A DNA stretch of 64,000 nucleotides, taken from positions 8,000,001-8,064,000 of the forward strand of contig OZ250169.1 in NCBI GenBank assembly GCA_965237955.1, written 5' to 3'. The stretch comes from Candidatus Marinacidobacterales bacterium (GTDB lineage Bacteria; Acidobacteriota; Vicinamibacteria; Marinacidobacterales; SMYC01). The notes beneath the pieces were generated by a model. That model was not told where the DNA came from and made no database searches. It worked only from the letters and a program-made list of their open reading frames with translations. Of this stretch, positions 50,447 to 59,692 are shown in pieces. How positions within the stretch are numbered: the stretch's first letter is position 1; every line of letters begins with the position of its first letter. The position numbers were made by a program, and so were the translations under genes.

Positions 50447-50540
50447 TGTGATCCGCAAAAAAGAAAACCGGCCAGAAGCAGCCGACCATGGCGGGTCTAA
50501 AACGCGCAATCAACACTGGATAGACTTTTTGCGGAGCACA
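50447..50540 (-). mobile_element. ~94-bp type-B MITE
   Basis: rc homologue of 9126-9219. Confidence 0.88.
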
Positions 50541-50620
50541 AGGCCAAGGTCGTGATTGAAAGGTGGCGGCAAGAGTTCAATTGCTTCAGACCCTACAGCT
50601 CGTTGAGTTACCAACCGCCG
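50541..50620 (+). pseudogene. IS3-family transposase C-terminal fragment
   Basis: AKVVIERWRQEFNCFRPYSSLSYQPPA. Confidence 0.7.
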
Positions 50621-50959
50621 GCCGTCGTCCGAAGCCTAGAGGAGGCCGGTAATTAGCTGCTGACCTTCTACGAATTCCCTCGTGCCATGTGGAAATCGAT
50701 TCGAACGACCAATGCTCTGGAGAATCTCAACCGCGAGTTTCGACGCCGGACGAAAACCCAAGCGTCGTTCTCCAGCGAGGAGTCCGCGGTCGCTTTGCTG
50801 TTTGGGCTTATCGCCTCTGGCCAGATTCAACTACGGCGCGTCGACGGCTACCAAGGTCTGAGCGAGGTTCTCGAACACGCGGAGGTTGCCGCCTGATCTG
50901 ATACCCTGATGGCGGAGTGGAGGGCGCCGTTCTTTTTCCACGAACCTCGGGACACATCC
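50617..50959 (+). mobile_element. 3' fragment of IS256 type beta with right IR
   Basis: Matches rc 16475-16817; in-frame TAG. Confidence 0.85.
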
Positions 50960-51182
50960 AAACGCGGGTAGGCCCACAAGGTCGGGACCGGGGCATCTTC
51001 CTTCTTGGCCCAGGCCGACCGGATCATCTGCAACACCGATTCGGCGGTCGGCGCCTGCAACGCCAACGCCCGGGTTTTCTCCTTCAGCAGCCCCTCGGTT
51101 CACTGGACACGGCTTTGGCCATGCGGTAGCCGACACCCGAGGCTCGGTCACGATGTAGGCGGGGCTGGTGGCAACGTCACCC

Positions 51183-51339
51183 CGTCCTGTGCCAAAACTC
51201 GGCCCATTTGAAATAGACCACAAATCAGCAGCTTAGACGCTCTTGGAATCCGCGCAGAATCGAGGGTATTTCGCGCCGCAGGGCTGGCTCAAATCGGCTG
51301 CGGGGCGAGCTACGGGCAGTGAACTGCGCACCCGGAAGT
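51183..51339 (+). mobile_element. Orphan type-A right end
   Basis: Matches 1849-2044 with an internal deletion. Confidence 0.8.
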
Positions 51340-51386
51340 CTCTGATTAGACTGGACTTTACCGGGCAGAAGAGCGAACGTTCGGTG

Positions 51387-51818
51387 ATGCCGCAGGATAC
51401 AGGGGTTGGGCGGAACGTCGTTCTGGACGGTTTGGACTTCGCCAGCTTGCGGCGGGTCTGGGAGCAGACCTTTGGGGCAGCTCCGCCAAGCTCGCTCTCG
51501 CGTATCTTCATGCGCCGCGTTCTCTTGCACGAACGCCAGTGCCGGACCCATGGCGGGCTTTCGGCCGCAACCCGGCGCGCTCTGGCCGCTATGGCGAACG
51601 AGACACCAGGCAACGCCGCTCCCGCAGGGTCCGTTTCTGCCGGCACCCATATCGTCCGCGAGTGGAATGGCCGGACCTACCAGGTCGAGGTAGTCGACAA
51701 CGGCTATCGGTTCGATGGCAAAACCTATCCGTCCCTCACCGCCATCACAAAGCGAATCACCGGCACCCACTGGTCAGGACCACGCTTTTTCGGTCTCACG
51801 CCCAAGCGCAAGGCCTAA
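51387..51818 (+). CDS. DUF2924 family protein
   Basis: LRRVW...GGLS...GTHIVREWNG...SLTAITKRITGTHWSGPRFFGL. Confidence 0.9.
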   Translation: MPQDTGVGRNVVLDGLDFASLRRVWEQTFGAAPPSSLSRIFMRRVLLHERQCRTHGGLSAATRRALAAMANETPGNAAPAGSVSAGTHIVREWNGRTYQVEVVDNGYRFDGKTYPSLTAITKRITGTHWSGPRFFGLTPKRKA

Positions 51819-51819
51819 C

Positions 51820-53481
51820 ATGAAGAAGATCCGCTGTGCCATCTATACGCGAAAGAGTGCGGAAGAGGGTCTCGAACAGGAGTTCAACTCCCTCGATGCG
51901 CAGCGAGAAGCCTGCGCCGCGTATGTCGCGAGCCAGAAAGCGGAGGGCTGGGTGCTGCTGCCAACTGTCTACGAGGACGCGGGGCTCTCGGGAGGAACCC
52001 TGGAGCGCCCGGGCCTGCAGCGCTTGCTCGCCGACATCGACGCAGGTCTCGTCGACCAGATTGTGGTCTACAAGGTCGACCGGCTGACCCGTTCCCTCTC
52101 CGACTTTGCAAAGCTCGTCGAGCGGCTCGAGGCGGCCGGCGCGGTTTTCGTCTCGGTGACTCAGTCCTTCAACACCGCGACCAGCATGGGACGACTGACG
52201 CTGCATATGCTGCTGTCCTTCGCACAATTCGAACGCGAGGTCACGGCCGAGCGGATCCGCGATAAGGTCGCTGCCTCCAAGCGCAAGGGACTATGGATGG
52301 GCGGCCGCGTACCGCTCGGCTATGAGAAGGACGGGCGCACGCTGCGCATCAACGAGGCTGAGGCCGAAACGGTCCGGACGCTCTATGCGCTGTACCGAAA
52401 GCACGAAACGCTCCGGCAGGTGAAGGCCGAGGCGGACCGTCTGAGACTGCGTACCAAGCAACGCTTCACCGCGGATGGAACCCGAACGGGCGGGCTGCCG
52501 TTCCGTCGCGGACACCTCCACTGCCTGCTGACCAATCCTCTCTACGCCGGCCGCATCCGGCACCAGAGGCGTGTCTACGAGGGCCAGCATCCATCGATCA
52601 TTGCTCCGGAGCTCTGGGACGCGGTCCAAACGCAGCTGCAGGCAGGGGCTGCCAAACCAAGGAGACGCACGACGAAGGGCCGTGCCGCCCGTTCCCCACT
52701 GGCAGGCAAGCTCTTCGACGAGACCGGGGACCGGCTGACGCCGAGCCACACCAAAAAGAAAAACGGGCAACGGCTCCGCTACTACGTCTCCCGGCGCCTC
52801 ATCCAGCACAGTGGCCAAAAGGACCTCTCCGGCTGGCGACTGCCCGCCCCGATGCTGGAACAGACCGTCGTGCATCTCATCCGACAGCATGTGGATGCCA
52901 CGACCTTCTCGGCCTCGTTGATCCACACTCCGACGATGCAAGAGCTCGCCTCGGTGCGTCGCTTTTTAGACGGGCTGTGTTCCGGTAGTAACAATGATAG
53001 TGCCTCGGCAGCCCCCCTGCTCCGTCTTATCCGGCGGGTCGACATCAGCCCCGGCTCTGTGTCCATCCTGCTCGACCGCGATGCGTTCGCTGCTTGCCTC
53101 TCTATGGGACCCGAACGCATTCGCGACGATGCACTCCGCATCCTCGCACCGTTCCGCTTGCGTCGACGCGGCGTCGAGACCAAGCTCGTTCTGGGCAACC
53201 CCACGAAATCCGTCGACCGCACACTCCTGCGCAATATCAGAAACGCCCTCTCCTGGCTCGACCGAATCAAAGCAGGCAAAACCTATGAGCAGATTGCCAC
53301 CGAACACGCCATCCCAACGGACCGCGTGCGCAAGGCAATCCGTTATGCCTTCCTGGCTCCCGACATCGTCCGCGCCATTGTCGAAGGCCGCCAGCCCGTT
53401 GGGCTGACCTCGAGCTACCTCTTGCATCATCCGCTTCCCGACGATTGGGAGAAACAGCGAGTGCTCGTCAAAACGCTGTGA
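51820..53481 (+). CDS. Large serine recombinase
   Basis: RCAIYTRKS, FNSLDAQRE, VYKVDRLTRS, FAQFERE, GLWMGG...PLGY, C-terminal FLAPDIV. Confidence 0.95.
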   Translation: MKKIRCAIYTRKSAEEGLEQEFNSLDAQREACAAYVASQKAEGWVLLPTVYEDAGLSGGTLERPGLQRLLADIDAGLVDQIVVYKVDRLTRSLSDFAKLVERLEAAGAVFVSVTQSFNTATSMGRLTLHMLLSFAQFEREVTAERIRDKVAASKRKGLWMGGRVPLGYEKDGRTLRINEAEAETVRTLYALYRKHETLRQVKAEADRLRLRTKQRFTADGTRTGGLPFRRGHLHCLLTNPLYAGRIRHQRRVYEGQHPSIIAPELWDAVQTQLQAGAAKPRRRTTKGRAARSPLAGKLFDETGDRLTPSHTKKKNGQRLRYYVSRRLIQHSGQKDLSGWRLPAPMLEQTVVHLIRQHVDATTFSASLIHTPTMQELASVRRFLDGLCSGSNNDSASAAPLLRLIRRVDISPGSVSILLDRDAFAACLSMGPERIRDDALRILAPFRLRRRGVETKLVLGNPTKSVDRTLLRNIRNALSWLDRIKAGKTYEQIATEHAIPTDRVRKAIRYAFLAPDIVRAIVEGRQPVGLTSSYLLHHPLPDDWEKQRVLVKTL

Positions 53482-53517
53482 GCCTGCCAGCGCCCACTCC
53501 GTGAATGGGCTCGGTTA

Positions 53518-54343
53518 GCAGCAAGCTGCTCTCCGACACTGGCCTCCACCAATCAGCCTCAAACTGGCCCCAATTCCCTGTCATGGTTTCCAGACTCGGA
53601 TAGCTCCTTGTACTGGACCGTCTGCGGAGTCATCTTCGTTTCCTCCGTAAAACTCCGCTGGATGAATTCGAGGTTTGGCCAATTCGAATTCCGCTATTCG
53701 CCTTCTCCTCAGGCGCGATCTAGGCGTTAAGCGTCTTCTCATTGTCTGCGCGATTAAGCGCAAAAACGTCCCGATAAGCCCCAAAATCGCCCCAAACTGC
53801 ACGTTAATGGCCTGTTGTGCTCTGTTTCTGATCGTTTCCAGCCAAGAATCGGAAGCTCCACTCAAGCCTCCCGACTGCGATAGCCGGAAAGATGTTCCCG
53901 TCGACGAATATTCGCTGATGAGACGTAAAGCTTTTTATAACAATGAGTAACGGCCGGCGGTGGCGCCGGAGGGTTCACGACACGACCTTCTTTCAGGCGT
54001 CCGGGAGATTGAAATTGCCGTATAGAAAATCTTACTAAAGCCAATTAAAATCCCGGCTCGAACGACCACCCGTCGATAATGCGTGCGGGGACCAGCACGT
54101 GACGGAGGCCGTTAAATCACTGTAGGGGAAGAGGATGGAACGAAATGGGCAGCATGGTTGAAACCCGAGAGGGCGTAAAACAGCCTTCTCCCAAAACCTG
54201 TGTACGCGTCAAGAAAGTCAAGAAATGCGCGAAACTCGAAACCTCCTAAATCTCCACTTATTTTTCTCTTTGAGGATTTCCGCCAAAAGCTGGACCGCCT
54301 TTTGCCGAGACCGGATAGCTCCAAACTGCACCATCCGCCACCC
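53518..54343 (+). repeat. Copy 2 (uninterrupted) of the recombinase-downstream region
   Basis: Near-identical to 757-1711. Confidence 0.93.
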
Positions 54344-54533
54344 AGTCTGGCCAATTGCGGCCCCGCAGAGACGGGTGGGATTTCCCGCGCGGTTGGCGGG
54401 GTTTTGCAGAGGTAGGTGGCACCAGAGACGCGCTATAAGGGCTGAACAGGCCTCATTTTCGGTATTGGTCTCTAATCTCGATTTTCGAGTGCCACGTTTG
54501 CGCTAAAGGGGAGAACGGGCGCTGACCGGGCCG

Positions 54534-54736
54534 TGCGGCGGCGGAAAAGAGGCCACCCGAGAAGCCCAGAATCGAAGCCGGGGATACCGCAGCGTAGCTC
54601 GCCTAGCACGTTCTGGTCCAGGTGCGGCCCTGGCCTACTGGATTTCCATCTTGTCCCAGGCCCGGATCCAGGGTCTTCGCCCGGGAGCATGGCATCCCGT
54701 TTCTGGACGTTGTTTCCCAGTACGGGGGAACCCGAA
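54534..54736 (-). repeat. Conserved ~205-bp non-coding element, copy 2
   Basis: rc homologue of 9352-9568. Confidence 0.8.
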
Positions 54737-55054
54737 TTGCTTGCCGCAATGTCACCCTTCTAGGGCATTGGTGTCACCTCGTTCGAATAGGCGAGGATTT
54801 CCACAACCGCCTAGGGGTCAGCCCTGGCGTTCAGAACAATAGGCCAGAGATTCGGAAACGGTTGCAAGAGCGAGCACTGGTAATGTCCTAAGATTCTTGT
54901 CAAAGAAAAACGATGTATGGTTCCCAGGTCTCACAACCCTCCCCGGAATGGGGACAGAAACGGAGAACCATACATCATGGGGAAAGTACTACCGAGTCAG
55001 CGATTGCTCAAGCAGTTCGAGGAACGACTGGTTTACCCATCAATGTAAAGTAGT

Positions 55055-56548
55055 CTACAACGCTGGCTTGCGTTCAATCTTGAAGGTGAAAGCATGCTCG
55101 CAAGGCTTTTTGTCCGGGGTTTTGATTGTAAGGCCGTCTTCAGTCATCGTCCATTCCAGTTCTTCATCAACACCAAGCATCTTTATGGATTCGATCTCCG
55201 ATTCATATAATCTAAATTCTGCGCCAGGAGGTAATCCAACGCCAGCCAGGAATTTAATGGTAACCTCATCTCCTGGCCAATCGAGACTAATCGCATAGAT
55301 GACGTTATCCTTGACCGTAAACCTGATATCCTGAGCTGTATATAGGGGTTTCTTCCCCTCCCCGAGACCAGAATCACTTACCTTTGTAGGACCTTCTCCA
55401 TGTCTTATCCAAGCCGTGGTACCATAAATCGCTTCGCCGTTTACCTTCAGCCATTCGCCCAACCCCAGCAGACTTTTCTTGGCCTCTTCAGGGATCGTTC
55501 CATCAGGTTTGGGACCAACATTGAGTAAAACAAACCCATTCTTGCTGACTCTATCCACCAGAAGATCCACCAGCCTATTTACCGGTTTGAAGTTTGAGTC
55601 CTCAACCCAAGACCATGCGCCCTGGTCATCTACAGAGGGATCCGACATCCACATGTGATATGTCACCTGGGTTTTTCCCCCTGAGTTCTCGATACCAACG
55701 CCGGGCGGAAAATCATGAACTTTGTATGACAGTAAAACTTCCTTGCCGCGTTCAACGGATTTGTTGTAGTAATAGGCCAGAAAGTTCTTTTGATAAACAT
55801 CTTTCCTTACTCCATCCAGAGGAGAGTCAAACCATATAAAGTCGGGATCATATTTATCTACAACTTCTATTATTTTCCCGTACCATTCATCTAAGTACTC
55901 CTCGTTGGGCTCTTCTCCCCTCTCGTGTATCTGGCCGTATAATCCCGAATACTTCGGATCGGAACAGTCGAATCTCTCGTCCCATACCGGAAACTTGTAC
56001 CATTTCGAGGAATGGTGGAATGTCGTTACGAATTTCATGTTGCGTTTTTTTATGGCTTTTTCTAACTCCCCGACGACATCTCTTTTCGGTCCCATCTTCG
56101 CAGCATTCCATTCTGAGTACTCGGTATCCCACATTGCGAAGCCATCTTGATGCTCTGCGACTGGACCGGCGAATTTTGCGCCAGCCTTTTCGAAAAGCTC
56201 TGCCCATTCGTCAGCATCGAACTTCTCTGCCTTAAACATAGGTATAAATTCCTTGTATCCGAATTCCGAGAGAGAACCATATGTTTCTACATGGTGTTTA
56301 TGCTGTTTGGAATCTTCACGATACATTTCACCGGGATACGATGTACCATCGGGACCCCCCATGGCTGGTACCGAATAAACTCCCCAATGTGTATAAATTC
56401 CAAACTTGCCATCTTTTACCCACTGCGGGACTGGATAGCGTTTTAGAGATCTCCAGGTAGGTTCATAGGTTTCCTCGGCCAATAACAAACCTGTCGCCAT
56501 TATCACTACAGCCAATACCGCTGCCGATACAATCGACTTTCTTAACAT
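55055..56548 (-). CDS. Alpha-L-fucosidase (GH29), secreted; visibly more AT-rich than its flanks
   Basis: KFGIYTHWGVYSVPA, FDADEWA...AGAKF, IWFD, VSKNG..LLNVGP..DGTIP, WLKVNGEAIYGT. Confidence 0.92.
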   Translation of the reverse strand: MLRKSIVSAAVLAVVIMATGLLLAEETYEPTWRSLKRYPVPQWVKDGKFGIYTHWGVYSVPAMGGPDGTSYPGEMYREDSKQHKHHVETYGSLSEFGYKEFIPMFKAEKFDADEWAELFEKAGAKFAGPVAEHQDGFAMWDTEYSEWNAAKMGPKRDVVGELEKAIKKRNMKFVTTFHHSSKWYKFPVWDERFDCSDPKYSGLYGQIHERGEEPNEEYLDEWYGKIIEVVDKYDPDFIWFDSPLDGVRKDVYQKNFLAYYYNKSVERGKEVLLSYKVHDFPPGVGIENSGGKTQVTYHMWMSDPSVDDQGAWSWVEDSNFKPVNRLVDLLVDRVSKNGFVLLNVGPKPDGTIPEEAKKSLLGLGEWLKVNGEAIYGTTAWIRHGEGPTKVSDSGLGEGKKPLYTAQDIRFTVKDNVIYAISLDWPGDEVTIKFLAGVGLPPGAEFRLYESEIESIKMLGVDEELEWTMTEDGLTIKTPDKKPCEHAFTFKIERKPAL

Positions 56549-56744
56549 TTCTTCCTCCTATTTGTTTCAGATTAAGGTATCAATGGATTGAATTAAACTT
56601 ATTTCATGCTTTTAACAATGTTAAGGATAGGAAATTTCATGGCCCATTGAGAAGCGTGTTCCTCCAATTTCCTCGGCTTGCATGCGGCTCAGCGAGTCTA
56701 TTGAAGCTCGCTGAGGATATCAGGTCGTAGGGATCTTTGAAGCC

Positions 56745-57368
56745 CGTAGTGTGCCAAAACTCAACCGGCGCGAAGCAGAGTGGCGTTGGGTGACGTTTTC
56801 TAAGAGCAAGAGTAGTGCCAGTGCTCCGCGCGGCTAGAATGCGGTCTATGCAGTCCCACCTATGGCAGCTCCTCGCGTTGACCTTCGCAGGGTGAGTCAA
56901 CCGGTCCCAGCAGGATGTAATCGAATACCTGAAGGAAGAGAATCGAGTGCTCCGGGAGCAGCTCGGTGCTCGTCGCATACGTTTCACGGATGATCAGCGT
57001 CGGCGCCTGGCAGCGAAGGCGAAGGCCATGTGCCGGGACAACCTGAAGGAAATCGCGGACCTCGTGACACCTGACACATTGTTGCGCTGGTACAGAGAGC
57101 TCATTGCAACAAAGTACGATGGGAGCCAGCGCCGCGGTCCAGGGCGACCTCGCGTGATGGAAACGATACGTGAGCTCGTGCTCACGATGGCGAAGGAAAA
57201 CTCAAGCTGGGGATATACGAGAATTTGTGGGGCTCTCGCCAACATGGGCCATGAGGTCGGCAGAAACACCGTGAAACGTATCCTCGCGGAACACGGTATC
57301 GAGCCCGCACCCGTGAGGGACAAACGCACTCCCTGGAGCACCTTTCTGAAAGCCCATTGGGGAGCTAT
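56745..57368 (+). mobile_element. Type-D integrase-core element, truncated pseudogene
   Basis: End CGTAGTGTGCCAAAACTC; [27 protein letters not shown] (internal stop); cut by IS21. Confidence 0.8.
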
Positions 57369-57544
57369 TGCGTATTCCGGGGCATCGTGAACGCAGATTC
57401 CAGCCGAAGGTGAACATCCATTCCAAAGCATCGTGAACACGGATTCCAGGCAACGTGAACGCCGGTTCCGGCATCGCGAACGCTCATCGATAGCACGTTT
57501 CAAGGCAACTCTAGGTCGTACCCGGAAGGAGGACGATCTAGGAA

Positions 57545-59101
57545 ATGGCAGCTAAGAGGGTATCGATGAGAAAAATACGAGAGGTTCTAAGGTTAAAGTA
57601 CGAGCTGGGTTTTACTCACCGCATGATCGCAAAGGCACTTCGCGTGGCGGTTGGAACGGTGAGTGAGTACCTGGCCAAGGCGAAGAAGGGTGGTCTGAGC
57701 TGGCCGCTCCCGGAGGAGCTGAGCGACGGGGAGCTGGAGGCAGGGCTGTTTCCGCCGCCGGGCTCGTCTGGCGCACGGCCGGGTCTGGACTATGCCCACA
57801 TCCACGAGGAGCTGAGGCGTCACCGAGAGCTGACGTTGCTGCAGCTGTGGGTGGAGTACGCGGAGAATAAGCCGGGAGCGTACGGCTACAGCCGTTATTG
57901 CGAGCTGTACGGTCAGTGGAAGAAGAAGCTGAACCCGACGATGCGTCAACGGCATCGAGCAGGCGAGAAGACATTCGTCGATTTTTCGGGGAAGAAGCCT
58001 CACATCGTCGATCCGAAAACGGGAGAGCTCGTCGAAATGGAGCTGTTCGTCGGGACGTTGGGCGCGAGCAGTTACACCTACGTCGAAGCGACACTGAACC
58101 AGTCGCTGGAATCGTGGGCGAAGGCCCATAAGGGGATGTCGGATTACTTCGGTGGCAGTACGGAGATCTGGGTTCCGGACAACTTGAAGAGCGGCGTGGA
58201 TTTGGTGGACCGTTACGAGCCAGGGATCAACCGGACGTACGAAGAGCTGGCGACGCATTACGGTGCGGTTGTGGTCCCGGCTCGGGTGTTCAAGCCGAAA
58301 GACAAAGCGAAGGTGGAGTCGGCAGTGCAGGTGGCGCAGCGCTGGATCCTGGCGGTGCTTCGTCATCGCACGTTCTTCAGCCTGGCGGAACTGAACGAAG
58401 CCATCTGGGAGAAGTTAGAGGTCCTGAATGCGCGTCCGATGCAGAAGCTCGGTGTGAGTCGGCGGGAGTTGTACGAAAGGCTAGACCGGCCCGTACTGAA
58501 ACCGCTACCGCAGGAGAGCTACGAGTTATCGACGTGGAAGCGGTGCAGAGTGAACATCGACTACCACGTGGAGGTGGAGAACAACTTGTACAGCGTTCCC
58601 TATCAGCTCATTCACGAGAAAGTCGAGGCACGGGTGACGGCCTCGGTGGTGGAGGTCCTGTTCAAGGGAAAGCGCGTCGCGTCGCATCCCCGCAAGAAAG
58701 GAAAGGGGCACTACTCCACGAACCCGGAGCATATGCCACGTTCGCATCGGGAGCACCTGGAGTGGACGCCGTCGCGGCTGCTCCACTGGGCGGAGCAGTC
58801 AGGTCGCGCCACGGGAAGGCTGGTTGCGGGGATTCTAGAGAGTCGGCCTCACCCGGAGCAGGGATTTCGCTCTTGCCTGGGAGTCATGCGACTAGGCAGC
58901 CGCTGGGGCAGTGAGCGTCTCGAGGCCGCTTGCGCACGAGCGGAAGCTTTGAGCTCTTACAGCTATCGCACGGTGAAAAACATTCTCTCGGCTGGTCTGG
59001 ATCGTGTGGTGCTCGAATCGGACGCCGAAGCGAAACCGCGAGAGGAGCACGAGAACATCCGAGGCGCGGATCACTACGAAGGAGGAGAGTCCCGATGCTG
59101 A
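57545..59101 (+). CDS. istA: IS21 transposase
   Basis: 518 aa, two residues different from 43117-44673. Confidence 0.95.
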   Translation: MAAKRVSMRKIREVLRLKYELGFTHRMIAKALRVAVGTVSEYLAKAKKGGLSWPLPEELSDGELEAGLFPPPGSSGARPGLDYAHIHEELRRHRELTLLQLWVEYAENKPGAYGYSRYCELYGQWKKKLNPTMRQRHRAGEKTFVDFSGKKPHIVDPKTGELVEMELFVGTLGASSYTYVEATLNQSLESWAKAHKGMSDYFGGSTEIWVPDNLKSGVDLVDRYEPGINRTYEELATHYGAVVVPARVFKPKDKAKVESAVQVAQRWILAVLRHRTFFSLAELNEAIWEKLEVLNARPMQKLGVSRRELYERLDRPVLKPLPQESYELSTWKRCRVNIDYHVEVENNLYSVPYQLIHEKVEARVTASVVEVLFKGKRVASHPRKKGKGHYSTNPEHMPRSHREHLEWTPSRLLHWAEQSGRATGRLVAGILESRPHPEQGFRSCLGVMRLGSRWGSERLEAACARAEALSSYSYRTVKNILSAGLDRVVLESDAEAKPREEHENIRGADHYEGGESRC

Positions 59102-59692
59102 CACCCGAAACGATAGAAAAGATGAACGCCATGAAGTTGTTCGGCTTGGTGTCCGCGTTCGAAACCCAGTTGAGCTCGAGCGAATACAAGGAGCTGAGCT
59201 TCGAGGAACGTGTGGGACTCCTGGTCGATGCCGAGTGGACCGCCCGCGAACAGCGTAAGCTTTCTCGACGACTGCGAGCGGCAAAGCTCCGCTATCCGGC
59301 ATGTTTGGAGAACGTGAACTTCCAAGCGCCTCGAGGCTTAAACCGCGAACAGATCTTGAGCCTGGGCAACTGCCGCTTTGTCGGTGAGCGCCATAACCTG
59401 CTCATCACCGGCCCGACGGGGATTGGCAAATCGTTCTTGGCTTGCGCCTTCGTGGAGCGGGCCTGTCGTCGCGGCTTCACCGGATGCTACGTGCGAGCAC
59501 CGCGCTTGCTCCACGAGCTCGCGGTCGCTCGTGGTGATGGTTCCTACGCCCGGCTTTTGACGAAACTCGCCAAGCTGGACTTACTGGCTATCGATGATTG
59601 GCTGCTTCACCCGCTGAAAGAATCGGAGAGACGGGATCTAATGGAGGTCATCGAAGACCGCGCCGAGCGTGGCTCCACACTCATCGCGACCC
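59095..59692 (+). pseudogene. istB: istB, 3'-truncated
   Basis: Identical to the intact copy up to STLIAT. Confidence 0.9.

Larger units (their letters stand above)
57369..59692 (+). mobile_element. IS21 copy 2, right part removed by an A end
   Basis: Near-identical to 41951-44893; five left-end repeats. Confidence 0.93.

Noticed and set aside
50960-51182. Gene call for the remnants at 50960-51182, 48345-48562, 7355-7459 and 9570-9799
   Set aside because: Probably coding debris, but I could not assign a family or a confident frame.
51243-51386. N-terminal extensions in the ORF track (DUF2924 from 51243, recombinase from 51715, istB from 43288/58930, IS5 from 21844)
   Set aside because: They run through element ends or upstream genes; family-typical starts lie downstream.
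54307-54348. tRNA gene
   Set aside because: Only a CCGCCA-like end; no T-loop GTTCGA and no cloverleaf.
41951-59692. IS21 composite transposon
   Set aside because: The second copy lacks its outer end and the flanks share no duplication.
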